Below, in pieces: positions 10,041-20,118 of a stretch of DNA of 64,000 nucleotides (position 1 is the stretch's first letter; each line of letters opens with the position of its first letter). A program made the position numbers and the translations under genes. The stretch is taken from contig DATHWX010000022.1 in NCBI GenBank assembly GCA_035460225.1, forward strand, positions 42,250 through 106,249, given 5' to 3'. The stretch comes from Methylotenera sp. (GTDB lineage Bacteria > Pseudomonadota > Gammaproteobacteria > Burkholderiales > Methylophilaceae). Below the pieces are notes generated by a model. The model worked only from the letters and a program-made list of their open reading frames with translations. It made no database searches and had not been told where the DNA came from.

Positions 10041-10973
10041 TTGGTAAAAGCTATTTTTCTCATGGGTCCAACTGCCAGCGGGAAGACTGGTGCGGCTATA
10101 GAGCTTTATACAAGACTTCCTATAGAAATCATCAGTGTTGATTCAGCGCTGGTATTCAAAGATATGGATATCGGCACAGCCAAGCCTGACACGCCAATCT
10201 TGGCGAAAGCACCGCATCACCTGATTGATATCATCGACCCAACACGTGCATATTCAGCGGCGAATTTCAGAACGGATGCTTTACGCTTAATGGGTGAGAT
10301 TACCGCACGCGGAAAAATCCCGTTATTGGTAGGCGGGACCATGCTGTACTTCAAAGCATTACAAGAAGGACTAAGCGGTTTGCCGGAAGCAAATCAAGAA
10401 GTGCGTACCAGGCTGGATGCAAGAGCTGCGCTGATCGGCTGGCCAGGCATGCATGAAAAATTAGCATTGGTAGACCCCGAAACAGCGGCACGTTTGCAAC
10501 CTAATGATGCGCAGCGCATTCAACGTGCTCTGGAAGTGTTTGAACTCACTGGCGAGAGCATGACTGCCTTATATGCTAAGCAGACCAGCGAGGCCTTACC
10601 GTACGAGTTATTGAAAATCGCACTGATTCCAAGTGACCGTATGGTTTTGCATGAACGGATTGCATTACGTTTTGACCAGATGCTGGCAGCAGGATTTGTG
10701 GATGAAGTTAAAACATTAATTGCCAAATATCCGCAACTGTCAGCTGAATCAACATCCATGCGTTGCGTAGGTTATCGCCAAGCGCTGGAGCATTTAACAG
10801 GTGAATACGATGCTGCTGAACTGCGCGACCGCGGAATTTTTGCTACACGTCAATTGGCAAAACGCCAGCTTACCTGGTTGCGTGGTATGGATGATGTAGT
10901 GGAATTGGATTGCCTGGATGCTGCGTTAAATGAATTAGTATTTGATAAAGTAAGAGAATTCATTCAAAAATAA
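10041..10973 (+). CDS. miaA: tRNA (adenosine(37)-N6)-dimethylallyltransferase MiaA
   Basis: [39 protein letters not shown]; TTG start. Confidence 0.97.
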   Translation: MVKAIFLMGPTASGKTGAAIELYTRLPIEIISVDSALVFKDMDIGTAKPDTPILAKAPHHLIDIIDPTRAYSAANFRTDALRLMGEITARGKIPLLVGGTMLYFKALQEGLSGLPEANQEVRTRLDARAALIGWPGMHEKLALVDPETAARLQPNDAQRIQRALEVFELTGESMTALYAKQTSEALPYELLKIALIPSDRMVLHERIALRFDQMLAAGFVDEVKTLIAKYPQLSAESTSMRCVGYRQALEHLTGEYDAAELRDRGIFATRQLAKRQLTWLRGMDDVVELDCLDAALNELVFDKVREFIQK

Positions 10974-10992
10974 AATAATAAGGGATTTCAAT

Positions 10993-11580
10993 ATGGCGAT
11001 TAAAAGATTCATAAAAGAAAATCTGGTCTTGGTTATTGGCTTGAGCTTACCGCTGTTATTGATCGTTCTGTTTTTTGTAGCGACCGTGATCCCCAAATCC
11101 ATGGCTACGCCGCCGCAGTATGAAATGTTATTTACCGTAACGAAATATGACTATCAAAATGCGCCTGACTATTTGCTGAGCTATGCGGTAAAGGATAAAC
11201 ATTTGGTTGTTAAAGCCAAGAAAAATGAAGAGAAACCTAGAAACTCCAATATCAATACATTGTTAGCTTATGACGCCAAGACTGAAACCGTGCGGGAAAT
11301 CAATATAGATACTTCAAAGCTTACCGAAACCAATAGTGAGATGGTGGTAGAAGAAACCAAAAATTATGTAATTGACAACTCGACTGTTTCACCGGATGGC
11401 TACAAACTGGAAGGACCGAACTACAGCGGTGGTGGCTTAATGGGCAGCCTGTTTGGTGGTGGTTACCGTAATACCGGCTTTCGTATTACCAAAGGCAACG
11501 TAGGCTATAAGTTACCGGAAACCCAACAGGACTTTTACTACAACCAGGTTAAATTTATCGGCTGGATCATCAAAAAATAA
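10993..11580 (+). CDS. Hypothetical single-TM membrane-anchored protein
   Basis: RBS (aggg), N-terminal TM helix followed by a soluble domain; co-oriented with its neighbours. Confidence 0.75.
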   Translation: MAIKRFIKENLVLVIGLSLPLLLIVLFFVATVIPKSMATPPQYEMLFTVTKYDYQNAPDYLLSYAVKDKHLVVKAKKNEEKPRNSNINTLLAYDAKTETVREINIDTSKLTETNSEMVVEETKNYVIDNSTVSPDGYKLEGPNYSGGGLMGSLFGGGYRNTGFRITKGNVGYKLPETQQDFYYNQVKFIGWIIKK

Positions 11581-11586
11581 GGAGCG

Positions 11587-12531
11587 ATGTCTATGTTGCA
11601 AAAAGAAGAAGCTTTGCAAGACATTGTCTTACTTGCCAAACATCACGATATTACCCTGGAAGACATCGCTAATGCGCTTACGAACAGCCAGCAGCAAGTC
11701 AATGACCAAGCCTCCGGTATCTTATCTAAACTATTCGGTTACATAGGTGGGATTTTCGTATTCGCCGGCATAGGTGTATTTATCTCCATGTACTGGGCAG
11801 ATTTCGGCTCCGCTCAACGAGTCATTACTACGTTGGGAACTGGCCTGATTACGTTCTTTATGGGCGTTGCCTGTTTGACTGATAAGAGATATGAGCGTGC
11901 GGCGACGCCCTTATTCTTAATGTCGTCTTTATTACAGCCCACTGGTATTTTGGTGATGTTGCAAGAGTACTCATCTGGCGGCGATCCGCGCCATGGGTTA
12001 CTTTTTATGTCAATTTATATGCTCATTCAGCAGGGCGCTACCTTCTGGTCAAAAGGGCGTTCGGTATTGGCATTCAGCGCAATCTTATTTGGCTGTATTT
12101 TCTTTGCTAATCTATTCGACATTTGGGATATGAATGAAAAGCTGATCGGTACCGTTATTGGTATTTCGCTCATGTGTATCGCTTATGCTTTAAATCAGTC
12201 GCGCCATTTGGCCATTGCGCCATTTTGGTATTTTGTCGGGTCGATGATACTTATGTGGTCAGTCTTTGAAGGCGTAAGAAATACACCGTTTGAATTGGTT
12301 TATCTGGGCCTTTCGGCATTCATTGTGTTTTTGAGTACGTATGTACGCAGCAGGACTTTATTGCTGGTAGGTACGTTAGCGATGCTGGTATATATTGGCT
12401 ATTACACCGCTAAGCATTTTGCACATACAGTGGGTTGGCCGATAGCATTAGTAATGATTGGTATCGCTCTAATTGCGCTAAGTACGTTGGCAGTAAGATT
12501 GAATAATAAATACATTAAATCAAACAATTAA
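11587..12531 (+). CDS. Polytopic membrane protein, DUF2157-like
   Basis: aaggag RBS, about 9 TM helices, LFGYIGGIFVFAGIGVFISMYW pattern. Confidence 0.7.
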   Translation: MSMLQKEEALQDIVLLAKHHDITLEDIANALTNSQQQVNDQASGILSKLFGYIGGIFVFAGIGVFISMYWADFGSAQRVITTLGTGLITFFMGVACLTDKRYERAATPLFLMSSLLQPTGILVMLQEYSSGGDPRHGLLFMSIYMLIQQGATFWSKGRSVLAFSAILFGCIFFANLFDIWDMNEKLIGTVIGISLMCIAYALNQSRHLAIAPFWYFVGSMILMWSVFEGVRNTPFELVYLGLSAFIVFLSTYVRSRTLLLVGTLAMLVYIGYYTAKHFAHTVGWPIALVMIGIALIALSTLAVRLNNKYIKSNN

Positions 12532-12562
12532 AATTTATACTTAATGTGAATTATGATATTTT

Positions 12563-13741
12563 CTACATAGAGTTAATGCGTTTAGCTGCTTCTATGCATT
12601 CGTCCAAGCTTGCAACTAAGGCTAAGCGTACGAAATTCTTACCTGGATTTGCTCCATGTGCATCCCTAGCCAAATAACTACCAGGCAAAACCGTTACATT
12701 GAAATCTCGGTAGAGTTTTAATGCAAAATCGGTATCGCTTTCTTTAGTTCTTGCCCACAGATAGAACGCTGCATCTGGCATTTCAACTTCAAGCTTATCA
12801 CCCAGCATATTGGTCACAGTATTGAATTTTTCCGCATATAATCTGCGGTTTTCAATCACATGCGCCTCATCGTTCCAGGCGGTTAAACTGGCAGCTTGCA
12901 CGGCCGGGTTCATGGCGCAGCCATGATACGTCCGGAATAGCGCGAATTTCTCAATGATTGTTTCATCACCAGCCACAAAGCCAGAGCGCATGCCGGGTAC
13001 GTTTGAGCGTTTAGACAGAGAACTAAAAATCACTAGGTTTTTATAATCCCGACCTAATTGTTGTGCGGCTTGCAAGGCACCCAAAGGAGGTGTCGCTTCA
13101 TCAAAGTAAATCTCTGAATAGCACTCATCAGCTGCGATGACAAATCCATATTGGTCTGATAGCTCGAATATTTCTTTCCATTGTGCCAAGCTCATGACCT
13201 TGCCGGAAGGGTTGCCTGGGCTGCATACATAAACCAATTGCGTGCGTTTTAACACTTCAACCGGCACGCTGGCAAAATCCATTGCGTGATTATTTTCTGG
13301 CAGAGTATTCAAGAAGTAAGGTTCAGCACCCGCTAGAAATGCTGCGCCTTCGTAAATCTGGTAGAACGGATTAGGTGAGATGACTACAGGCTTGGTTTTA
13401 GAACCATCTATGATCACTTGCGCAAACGCAAACAAGGCTTCGCGACTGCCAGTGACAGGCAATATCGCTTTATCCGGGTTCAAGGCTGGTACATTGTAAC
13501 GGCGTGAAATCCAGCTTGAAATCGCTTGTCTTAATTCTACCGAGCCCAGAGTCGTGGGATAATTAGCCAACCCTCCTAGATTATCGATCAGGGCATCTTT
13601 AATGAGCTGCGGTGTCGCATGTTTAGGCTCGCCAATCGATAGATTAATTGGTGCGAAAGCGGGATTCGGTGTTGTGCCTTTGAACAGATCGCGTAAACGT
13701 TGAAAAGGATAGGGCTGGAGTAGGTTTAGGTTTGGATTCAT
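12563..13741 (-). CDS. dapC: Succinyldiaminopimelate transaminase DapC
   Basis: MNPNLNLLQPYPF start, LSIGEPKH, PNPFYQIYEGA, DECYSE, SLSKRSNVPGMRSG (PLP Lys). Confidence 0.92.
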   Translation of the reverse strand: MNPNLNLLQPYPFQRLRDLFKGTTPNPAFAPINLSIGEPKHATPQLIKDALIDNLGGLANYPTTLGSVELRQAISSWISRRYNVPALNPDKAILPVTGSREALFAFAQVIIDGSKTKPVVISPNPFYQIYEGAAFLAGAEPYFLNTLPENNHAMDFASVPVEVLKRTQLVYVCSPGNPSGKVMSLAQWKEIFELSDQYGFVIAADECYSEIYFDEATPPLGALQAAQQLGRDYKNLVIFSSLSKRSNVPGMRSGFVAGDETIIEKFALFRTYHGCAMNPAVQAASLTAWNDEAHVIENRRLYAEKFNTVTNMLGDKLEVEMPDAAFYLWARTKESDTDFALKLYRDFNVTVLPGSYLARDAHGANPGKNFVRLALVASLDECIEAAKRINSM

Positions 13742-13817
13742 AGGCTGAATTATAGATAGCCTGCATTCAATAGAGCAAGAATTCATTCAATAAAGCAGAT
13801 AGTAAGCAAGGATTACA

Positions 13818-14756
13818 GTGAGCCCCATTAAAAAAGATATCAAAAACGATAGCAATAAAAATAATAGCAATTTGAATAATAAAAACTACTTTGCAATCTT
13901 CGGGCTGCTGTTTGGTGCACTGTGCTGGGGGATTATCTGGTATCCGTATCGGATCATGTCTGAAGCCGGCGTATCCGGCGTTGCCTCAAGTTTTTATACC
14001 TATTGCATCGCAACGTTAATCGCCGGTACGTATTTTATTAAATACTGGCGCGGCATATTTAAATTACCCTTCAGTATCATTTGGCTGAGCTTGATTGCCG
14101 GTTGGACTAATCTAAGTTACGTACTCGCTGTGATCGATGGCGAAGTCATGCGGGTGATGCTGTTGTTTTACCTGTCACCACTATGGACATTGATACTGGC
14201 ACATTTCTGGCTAAAAGAGAAAACCCAGCTTACCGGCTATATAGCGATAGCAATCTCCCTAATAGGAGCATTCATCATGCTATATGATTTTTCCAGCCCG
14301 GTGATTGCTTTCCCCATGCCTAGCAGCGATTCCGATTGGTTCGCATTGTCTGCGGGTATAGGGTTTTCGCTGACTAACGTCATTACCCGCAAATCTAGTC
14401 ATCTAACCATACGCGCCAAGTCGTTTGCGGTATGGGTAGGGGTAATACTCGCCTCGCTGTTATTTATACTTTTTACCAACGAAAAGTTTCCGAGCCCTCA
14501 TTTTTTGACTCCTGAACATTGGCTAATCCTGACAGTAATTGCCTTACTGTTGATCGCTGCGACGGGCTTTGTGCAATATGGCGTGACCAAGATCACAGCT
14601 ACGCGGGCTTCGGTGCTGTTCTTGTTTGAGCTGGTGGTTGCAGCTATTGCTTCCTACTTTTTAGCGCATGAAGTGATGGCGTGGAATGAATGGCTCGGCG
14701 GCATGCTGATTATCTCTGCAGCGGTATTCGCTGCATTGAATAATAATACGCACTAA
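13818..14756 (+). CDS. DMT/EamA family transporter
   Basis: About 10 TM helices in two EamA repeats; LFYLSPLWT, LFELVVAAI. Confidence 0.85.
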   Translation: MSPIKKDIKNDSNKNNSNLNNKNYFAIFGLLFGALCWGIIWYPYRIMSEAGVSGVASSFYTYCIATLIAGTYFIKYWRGIFKLPFSIIWLSLIAGWTNLSYVLAVIDGEVMRVMLLFYLSPLWTLILAHFWLKEKTQLTGYIAIAISLIGAFIMLYDFSSPVIAFPMPSSDSDWFALSAGIGFSLTNVITRKSSHLTIRAKSFAVWVGVILASLLFILFTNEKFPSPHFLTPEHWLILTVIALLLIAATGFVQYGVTKITATRASVLFLFELVVAAIASYFLAHEVMAWNEWLGGMLIISAAVFAALNNNTH

Positions 14757-14764
14757 TCAGTAAG

Positions 14765-15859
14765 TTAGCTAAAGCTTGAATTACGGTTACCTTCAGCCGC
14801 AAAGCGGATTTTGAGTGATAAATCATTACGTGAATCGGCATTCGCCAATGCATTCTCTTCATCAATTTTGCCGTTAGCAAATAGCTTGAATAAGGACTGG
14901 TCGAAAGTCATCATGCCGATATCATTGTTATCCGCCATGATTTCTTTCATATCGTTCATTTTTTGTTTCTCGATCAGTTCCGCCATATAAGGCGTATTGA
15001 TCATCACTTCAATGGCGGCGACGCGTTTGCTTTGTTTGCCCGGAATCAAGCGCTGCGAAATGATGGCCACGAGGTTCATTGACATACCCAATAGCAAACC
15101 GGCTTTGGCTTCTTCCGGGAAGAAAGAGATCACCCGCTCAAGCGCCTGGTTGGCATTGTTCGCATGCAGGGTGGCCAGGCATAGATGGCCGGTTTCAGCG
15201 TAAGCCAAGGCATTTTTCATCCCATCCATATCACGGACTTCACCAATCAGAATAACGTCAGGCGCTTGGCGCATGGCGTTTTTAAGGCCATTTTCAAAAG
15301 ACAGGGTATCGATACCTACTTCGCGTTGGTCTACGATAGATTTTTTGTGTGGATGCACGAATTCAATCGGGTCTTCCAGCGTCAGGATATGCCCAGTAGT
15401 GGTTTCGTTGCGGTGGTCTATCATCGCGGCGAGAGAAGTCGATTTACCTGAGCCTGTAGCGCCTACCATTAGGATCAAGCCACGCTTACGGTTAATGAGC
15501 TCTTTAAGAATGGGTGGCAAGCCTAATGTCTCGATCGAAGGGATATCAGTTTTAATATGGCGGATCACCATGCCAACTTCGCCGCGCTGCTTGAATACAT
15601 TGATACGGAAGCGGCCGATATCTTTTTTCCCAATCGCAAAGTTGCATTCGAGTGTGGTTTCGAACTCTTTGATCTGCTCGGGACTCATGATGGAATAAGC
15701 AATTTCCTTGATAACGCCAGGTGCCATGATCTGCGAATTGATAGGCAGCGTATCGCCTTCTACTTCGATATGAATCGCCGCGCCAGTGCTAAAAAACAGA
15801 TCAGAACCACCTTTATCCAGCATGAATTTTAAGATAGGGGTGATGTCGATAGCTGCCAT
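14765..15859 (-). CDS. pilU: Type IV pilus retraction ATPase, PilU-type
   Basis: GATGSGKSTSLAAMIDHRN, EDPIE, QREVG, PDVILIGEVRD, AETGHLCLATLHANNANQA. Confidence 0.88.
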   Translation of the reverse strand: MAAIDITPILKFMLDKGGSDLFFSTGAAIHIEVEGDTLPINSQIMAPGVIKEIAYSIMSPEQIKEFETTLECNFAIGKKDIGRFRINVFKQRGEVGMVIRHIKTDIPSIETLGLPPILKELINRKRGLILMVGATGSGKSTSLAAMIDHRNETTTGHILTLEDPIEFVHPHKKSIVDQREVGIDTLSFENGLKNAMRQAPDVILIGEVRDMDGMKNALAYAETGHLCLATLHANNANQALERVISFFPEEAKAGLLLGMSMNLVAIISQRLIPGKQSKRVAAIEVMINTPYMAELIEKQKMNDMKEIMADNNDIGMMTFDQSLFKLFANGKIDEENALANADSRNDLSLKIRFAAEGNRNSSFS

Positions 15860-15913
15860 GTTTATTAGTCCTGTTACTTATTTTTTATTATGTTGGGTAG
15901 GTGAAACAAATTT

Positions 15914-18034
15914 TTATGACTTTAGCATAATTTTTTGTTTCCACATGTCTTGGTACGTCTCTTCCAGGGATTTAGCAAAACGTGTGGTATCAAACAATTT
16001 TGAGTTGCTTTTGTTATTGTTCAATTTTTCTTTTATGTTTTGCAGTTGCGCAGCATCCTTGGCTAGTTCTAGCGCTTTTGCTTCGTAATCATGCAAATTA
16101 TAAGTAATCAATTCAGGACAATCTATTGCAGTTAATAAACTACCAGCGACCCTGGATGCGAAAGTCTCGCCGGCACAGGTCAATACAGGCAAGCTCATCC
16201 ATAGCGCGTCGCTGCAAGTAGTATGGGCATTGTAAGGCAGGGTATCCAGGAATAGATCCGCATGGACATGTCGGGCAAGATGGTCGGCAATTGCTACACG
16301 TGATGCAAAAATGATTCGATCACTCGCTATGCCTGATTTGGCGGCTTCTTTAAGCAGGTTATGTTTCGCCCATTCATTACAATCTAGCAGCCATAACACA
16401 CTATCCGGTACGGTTTTTAATAAGCGCATCCACACTGCAAAGACATTCGGCGTGATTTTGAAGGTCTGGTTAAAGCTGCAGAATACAAAAGCGTTATCAG
16501 GTAATCCGCATGCTTGTCGGCTTGGGATGTTGCCTATAGGCCGCTGCCTATCATTTGGCTGATAACAGTCCTGCAGCGCAGCTACGCTTTCTGCATAATG
16601 AACTGCTTGCTCAGGCGGGCAAATGAAGCTGTCAGCTAGTATATAGTCGAATAAAGGCTTGCCATCTAGGCTACCCATGGTGCCAGGAAAGCCCAACCAA
16701 TTTACATTGATTGGCGCAGGGCGTAAGGCTGCGATGCCGCTACGACTGGTTTGGGTAAAGCCGGTTAAATCAACGAGGATATCGATTTCATTCGCATGTA
16801 TCTTTTTAGCTGCGTCAATATCGAACAGGTTGCGAATATCGTGAAAATGATCCACAGCCTTTTCCAACCGGGCTCTGGCGCCGGATTTATCATTGAGGCC
16901 ATAGGAAAAAGCGTGGATTTCGAATTCAGCTCGGTCATGCAATTCTATGAGTTCACTGATTAAAAATGCCAATGGATGTAAACGGAAGTCGGCAGACAAA
17001 TAACCGATTCGCAACTTTCCATGTGAGTCTGATTTATGAAAATGTAACGCAGCACCATGTTGGATCAACTCTGTATAGCGACTCTTTACCCAATTATCCG
17101 CGCATCGCTTTTGTTCTTCCAGTGTCGTTCCCGGCATGGCCAATAACGCAAAAGGAGAAACCTGAGCCTGCGGCTGTGTCCTTACCCATTCGCGCACTTG
17201 CTGGACATCGTTTTCGAGATTATCCCAATCGCAGATATGCTGTTTCTGGTGAATTAAATGGACCTTTGCATGATAAAGCTGTGGATTGATCCGCAAGGCT
17301 TGCTCATAGCTGGCAATAGCTAGATCAAGTTGTCCCAATTCACGCTGAACATTACCTAAATTGTTGTAAGCATCCGCATCATCTGGCGCGTATTGTATGG
17401 CCTTTGTATATTGATTTGCAGCTTCGGCAGGTTTACCTAACTCCCGTTGCGCGTTACCTAAGTTGTAATAAAAAGCCGCATCATTATTGACAAGGCTAAT
17501 GGCTTCCACAAAGCAGAACTCAGCTTTCGCATATTGCGCTGCAGCATGTGCATGATTACCCATATTGGATAGGCAGTGCGCCAAAGCGCCACGCAAGTCT
17601 TCTCTATTGTTTGCTTTAAGCACACGGCGATAATAATTTGCGGCTTCTTCAAACCTTTGCAATTCGAGCAAGGTATTCGCCAAATTAAGTTGTACATCCA
17701 AGTCTTTAGGCTGCAGTAAAATTGCCTGCTGAAAGGTTTTTAATGCAGCTTCATGCTGATTATCGGCGCGCAGTGCCAGCCCAAGGTTATTCAAATAATC
17801 AGGATTGCGAGGCGCTATAGATAAAGCCTGTGAAATATGTGCAATCGCTTCGGCAGGGCGATTTGTCTGGTAACACACTAAGCCTAACATATGGTGCGCA
17901 TCGGCATGATTTGCTTGCAGTGCGATGACCTGTTGATACGAAGATGCAGCTTCCGCAAACTGGCCATTGCAATGGAATGTATAAGCCTGCTGGTAAAGCG
18001 AAGCGATAGATGAAGAAGGAGGTTTGTTTTGCAT
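15914..18034 (-). CDS. TPR-containing O-GlcNAc transferase-like glycosyltransferase (GT41/SPINDLY)
   Basis: Multiple TPRs, RIGYLSADFRLHP, DILVDLTGFT, WLGFPGT, FCSFNQTFKI, DLFLDTLPYNAHTT. Confidence 0.9.
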   Translation of the reverse strand: MQNKPPSSSIASLYQQAYTFHCNGQFAEAASSYQQVIALQANHADAHHMLGLVCYQTNRPAEAIAHISQALSIAPRNPDYLNNLGLALRADNQHEAALKTFQQAILLQPKDLDVQLNLANTLLELQRFEEAANYYRRVLKANNREDLRGALAHCLSNMGNHAHAAAQYAKAEFCFVEAISLVNNDAAFYYNLGNAQRELGKPAEAANQYTKAIQYAPDDADAYNNLGNVQRELGQLDLAIASYEQALRINPQLYHAKVHLIHQKQHICDWDNLENDVQQVREWVRTQPQAQVSPFALLAMPGTTLEEQKRCADNWVKSRYTELIQHGAALHFHKSDSHGKLRIGYLSADFRLHPLAFLISELIELHDRAEFEIHAFSYGLNDKSGARARLEKAVDHFHDIRNLFDIDAAKKIHANEIDILVDLTGFTQTSRSGIAALRPAPINVNWLGFPGTMGSLDGKPLFDYILADSFICPPEQAVHYAESVAALQDCYQPNDRQRPIGNIPSRQACGLPDNAFVFCSFNQTFKITPNVFAVWMRLLKTVPDSVLWLLDCNEWAKHNLLKEAAKSGIASDRIIFASRVAIADHLARHVHADLFLDTLPYNAHTTCSDALWMSLPVLTCAGETFASRVAGSLLTAIDCPELITYNLHDYEAKALELAKDAAQLQNIKEKLNNNKSNSKLFDTTRFAKSLEETYQDMWKQKIMLKS

Positions 18035-18072
18035 GATTCGATTTTACATCAGGCGGTCTTCTTATGCGGAAA

Positions 18073-19296
18073 TCAGGTGCTAATCAGGTTTTGCGCCAGT
18101 AACTTTAATCCCATCTTGCGCAGGATAAAACGGTTTGGCTGCAATGCGTTACGTAGTTCAATAGGCGCTAGCGAGTTTTCATGAGCGGCATGTGTGGCAA
18201 TGATCTCTGCAGACAATGGCGCACTTAAAAAACCTTTGGCACCATGACCGATATTGGCATACAAGCCTTTTGAGAAGGGTAATTTACCCGGCGTATCATT
18301 ATAAAAGTACTGATTCGCTCGCAATATATCTGTATCCAGCAATTGGCCTGCGGCGGGTAGGTAATCAGGAGTTTGGCTGCGCCATGAAACCCGACCGGAA
18401 ACAATATTGTTTTGCAGGTCTTCATATAGCTGCGGAGACATTTTTTTAAGAAGCTGCAAATTTTCTTTATGGTCGCTAGCGCGGATAGTAGTGTCATCAT
18501 CCTGCTTGTTGAAAGTGGCTCCCAGACAATGCAAGCCATTTTCTACCGGACTCATATAACCTTCGCCGCATAATATCGTCTTCAGCATGCTACTTTGTTG
18601 AGTAGCCTGCAGATTAGTTATCTGACCGCGGGTAGCGACTAATGGAATATGCGCACTTTGAGAGAACTGCATAGCATCATGCGCATTAGCGATGACGACG
18701 ATATCTGAGCTAGCAATAGTTTGATCGCCAGCCTCAACCATCCAGCTTACACTATCTCCTTCATTGAATTTTTTGATGCTTATAGCCTGCGTATTGATAA
18801 GCGTGCGGATGTTAGTATGTTCTGTTAATACCTTACATAGATGCGCCAGGTTAATACCTCCCGCTTCAGGGAAATACAAGCCAGAATAATCTACAGAAAT
18901 TCCGGCTACCTCACTTAATTGAGCCGCATCCATACCGAGAAAAAAATCATCATGATATTTATCTTTTAGCAGACTATTTTTTAGCTGTTGCTTATTATCG
19001 ATGGCAAGCTGTATCACGCCGCAAGGCCTGTAATTGCAGCGCTCAAAGCCTAATTCATTTAGTAGCTGCAGGGTGAATTCATAACCGTATAGGTTAAGCT
19101 TTTCTAAAGCGGTGTCCTGTCCGCTAAGGCGTGGATATAACACGGCAACAGGATTGCCCGAAGCTTCCAACGCCAAGCCTGGATTCCGCTCAATTAGGGT
19201 CACCTGGATATCGCGTTTAGCTAGCATATAGGCTGTGCTGCAACCAGCAATGCCGCCACCTATTACGATGGCGGTTTTTGGTCTTTGGTCATTCAT
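18073..19296 (-). CDS. mnmC: FAD-dependent cmnm5s2U34 oxidoreductase (C-terminal half of MnmC, stand-alone)
   Basis: IGGGIAG Rossmann motif, EASGNP, RGQIT, GATF, GHGAKG; translationally coupled to mnmD. Confidence 0.88.
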   Translation of the reverse strand: MNDQRPKTAIVIGGGIAGCSTAYMLAKRDIQVTLIERNPGLALEASGNPVAVLYPRLSGQDTALEKLNLYGYEFTLQLLNELGFERCNYRPCGVIQLAIDNKQQLKNSLLKDKYHDDFFLGMDAAQLSEVAGISVDYSGLYFPEAGGINLAHLCKVLTEHTNIRTLINTQAISIKKFNEGDSVSWMVEAGDQTIASSDIVVIANAHDAMQFSQSAHIPLVATRGQITNLQATQQSSMLKTILCGEGYMSPVENGLHCLGATFNKQDDDTTIRASDHKENLQLLKKMSPQLYEDLQNNIVSGRVSWRSQTPDYLPAAGQLLDTDILRANQYFYNDTPGKLPFSKGLYANIGHGAKGFLSAPLSAEIIATHAAHENSLAPIELRNALQPNRFILRKMGLKLLAQNLIST

Positions 19297-20027
19297 CGCG
19301 TATCCAGACCTATGTATTGTCCGATAAGCATTTCACGTTTTTTGCCAAAACCTGGCTGTTTGGTGACACTGAAGCCTGCAGCTTGCAATCCTCTACGCAC
19401 AGTTCCAGCACTGGTGAAAGTTGCAAAGGTAGTTCCAGGATTGGATAGCCTGGCCATTTGTGAAAACAGCTCAGCTTGCCACATATCCGGATTTTTGACA
19501 GGAGCGAACCCGTCCAGAAACCACGCATCGGCTTTAATAGCTAAGTCCTTTAAAGTAATGTTCGCATCACCTATCAATAAAGTAAGCTGTACGCGATCAT
19601 CAAATAAAGATGCGGTTTGGTTGGCATCTAACAGTGTTGGATATGAAAGCAGAAATTCTTGGCTTAGGACTTTTAAACCACACCACAAGGCGTGAGCAGC
19701 AGCAACATCTGATAGTGACAACGGGTATTTCTCTGTGCTGATAAAATGCAATCTGGCGTTTACAGGTGCTAATTCTAACCATAGCTTGGCAACACAAAGA
19801 AAGTTAAGCCCTGTGCCAAAGCCGGTTTCAATGATGATGAATTCGCTAGAATTCAAGTCTAGTTGCTGGAATCGCTTGGGTAAGTCATTGCCTTGCAGGA
19901 ATACATAATCGGTTTCTGCCAGGCCGTCATCGCTAGAGAAATAGATATCCTGGAATTGCGTAGAATAAGGCTGGCCATCGCGCCATTCCAAAGCCTGATT
20001 CAATGCATTTTGCTGAGCTGTTTTCAT
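19293..20027 (-). CDS. mnmD: tRNA mnm5s2U34 methyltransferase (N-terminal half of MnmC, MnmD)
   Basis: FQDIYFS, ETGFGTGLNF, DAWFLDGFAP-KNPDMW, PGFGKKREML. Start 20027 or 20036. Confidence 0.9.
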   Translation of the reverse strand: MKTAQQNALNQALEWRDGQPYSTQFQDIYFSSDDGLAETDYVFLQGNDLPKRFQQLDLNSSEFIIIETGFGTGLNFLCVAKLWLELAPVNARLHFISTEKYPLSLSDVAAAHALWCGLKVLSQEFLLSYPTLLDANQTASLFDDRVQLTLLIGDANITLKDLAIKADAWFLDGFAPVKNPDMWQAELFSQMARLSNPGTTFATFTSAGTVRRGLQAAGFSVTKQPGFGKKREMLIGQYIGLDTR

Positions 20028-20073
20028 GTAGCGCAATGGTACATGAGGATGCAGCCCTAACTCAAATGTCGCC

Positions 20074-20118
20074 TTAAATTAACGCTCTTTAAATTAATGC
20101 GCTTTTAGATTAACGCGG
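20074..20118. repeat. Triplicated 3' end of the upstream methyltransferase gene (three Ala-Leu-Ile-stop copies)
   Basis: Minus strand reads GCG TTA ATC TAA aagc GCA TTA ATT TAA aga GCG TTA ATT TAA. Confidence 0.75.

Noticed and set aside
18073-20036. mnmC as a frameshifted pseudogene
   Set aside because: The clean ATGA stop/start coupling and intact motifs in both halves favour two functional genes.
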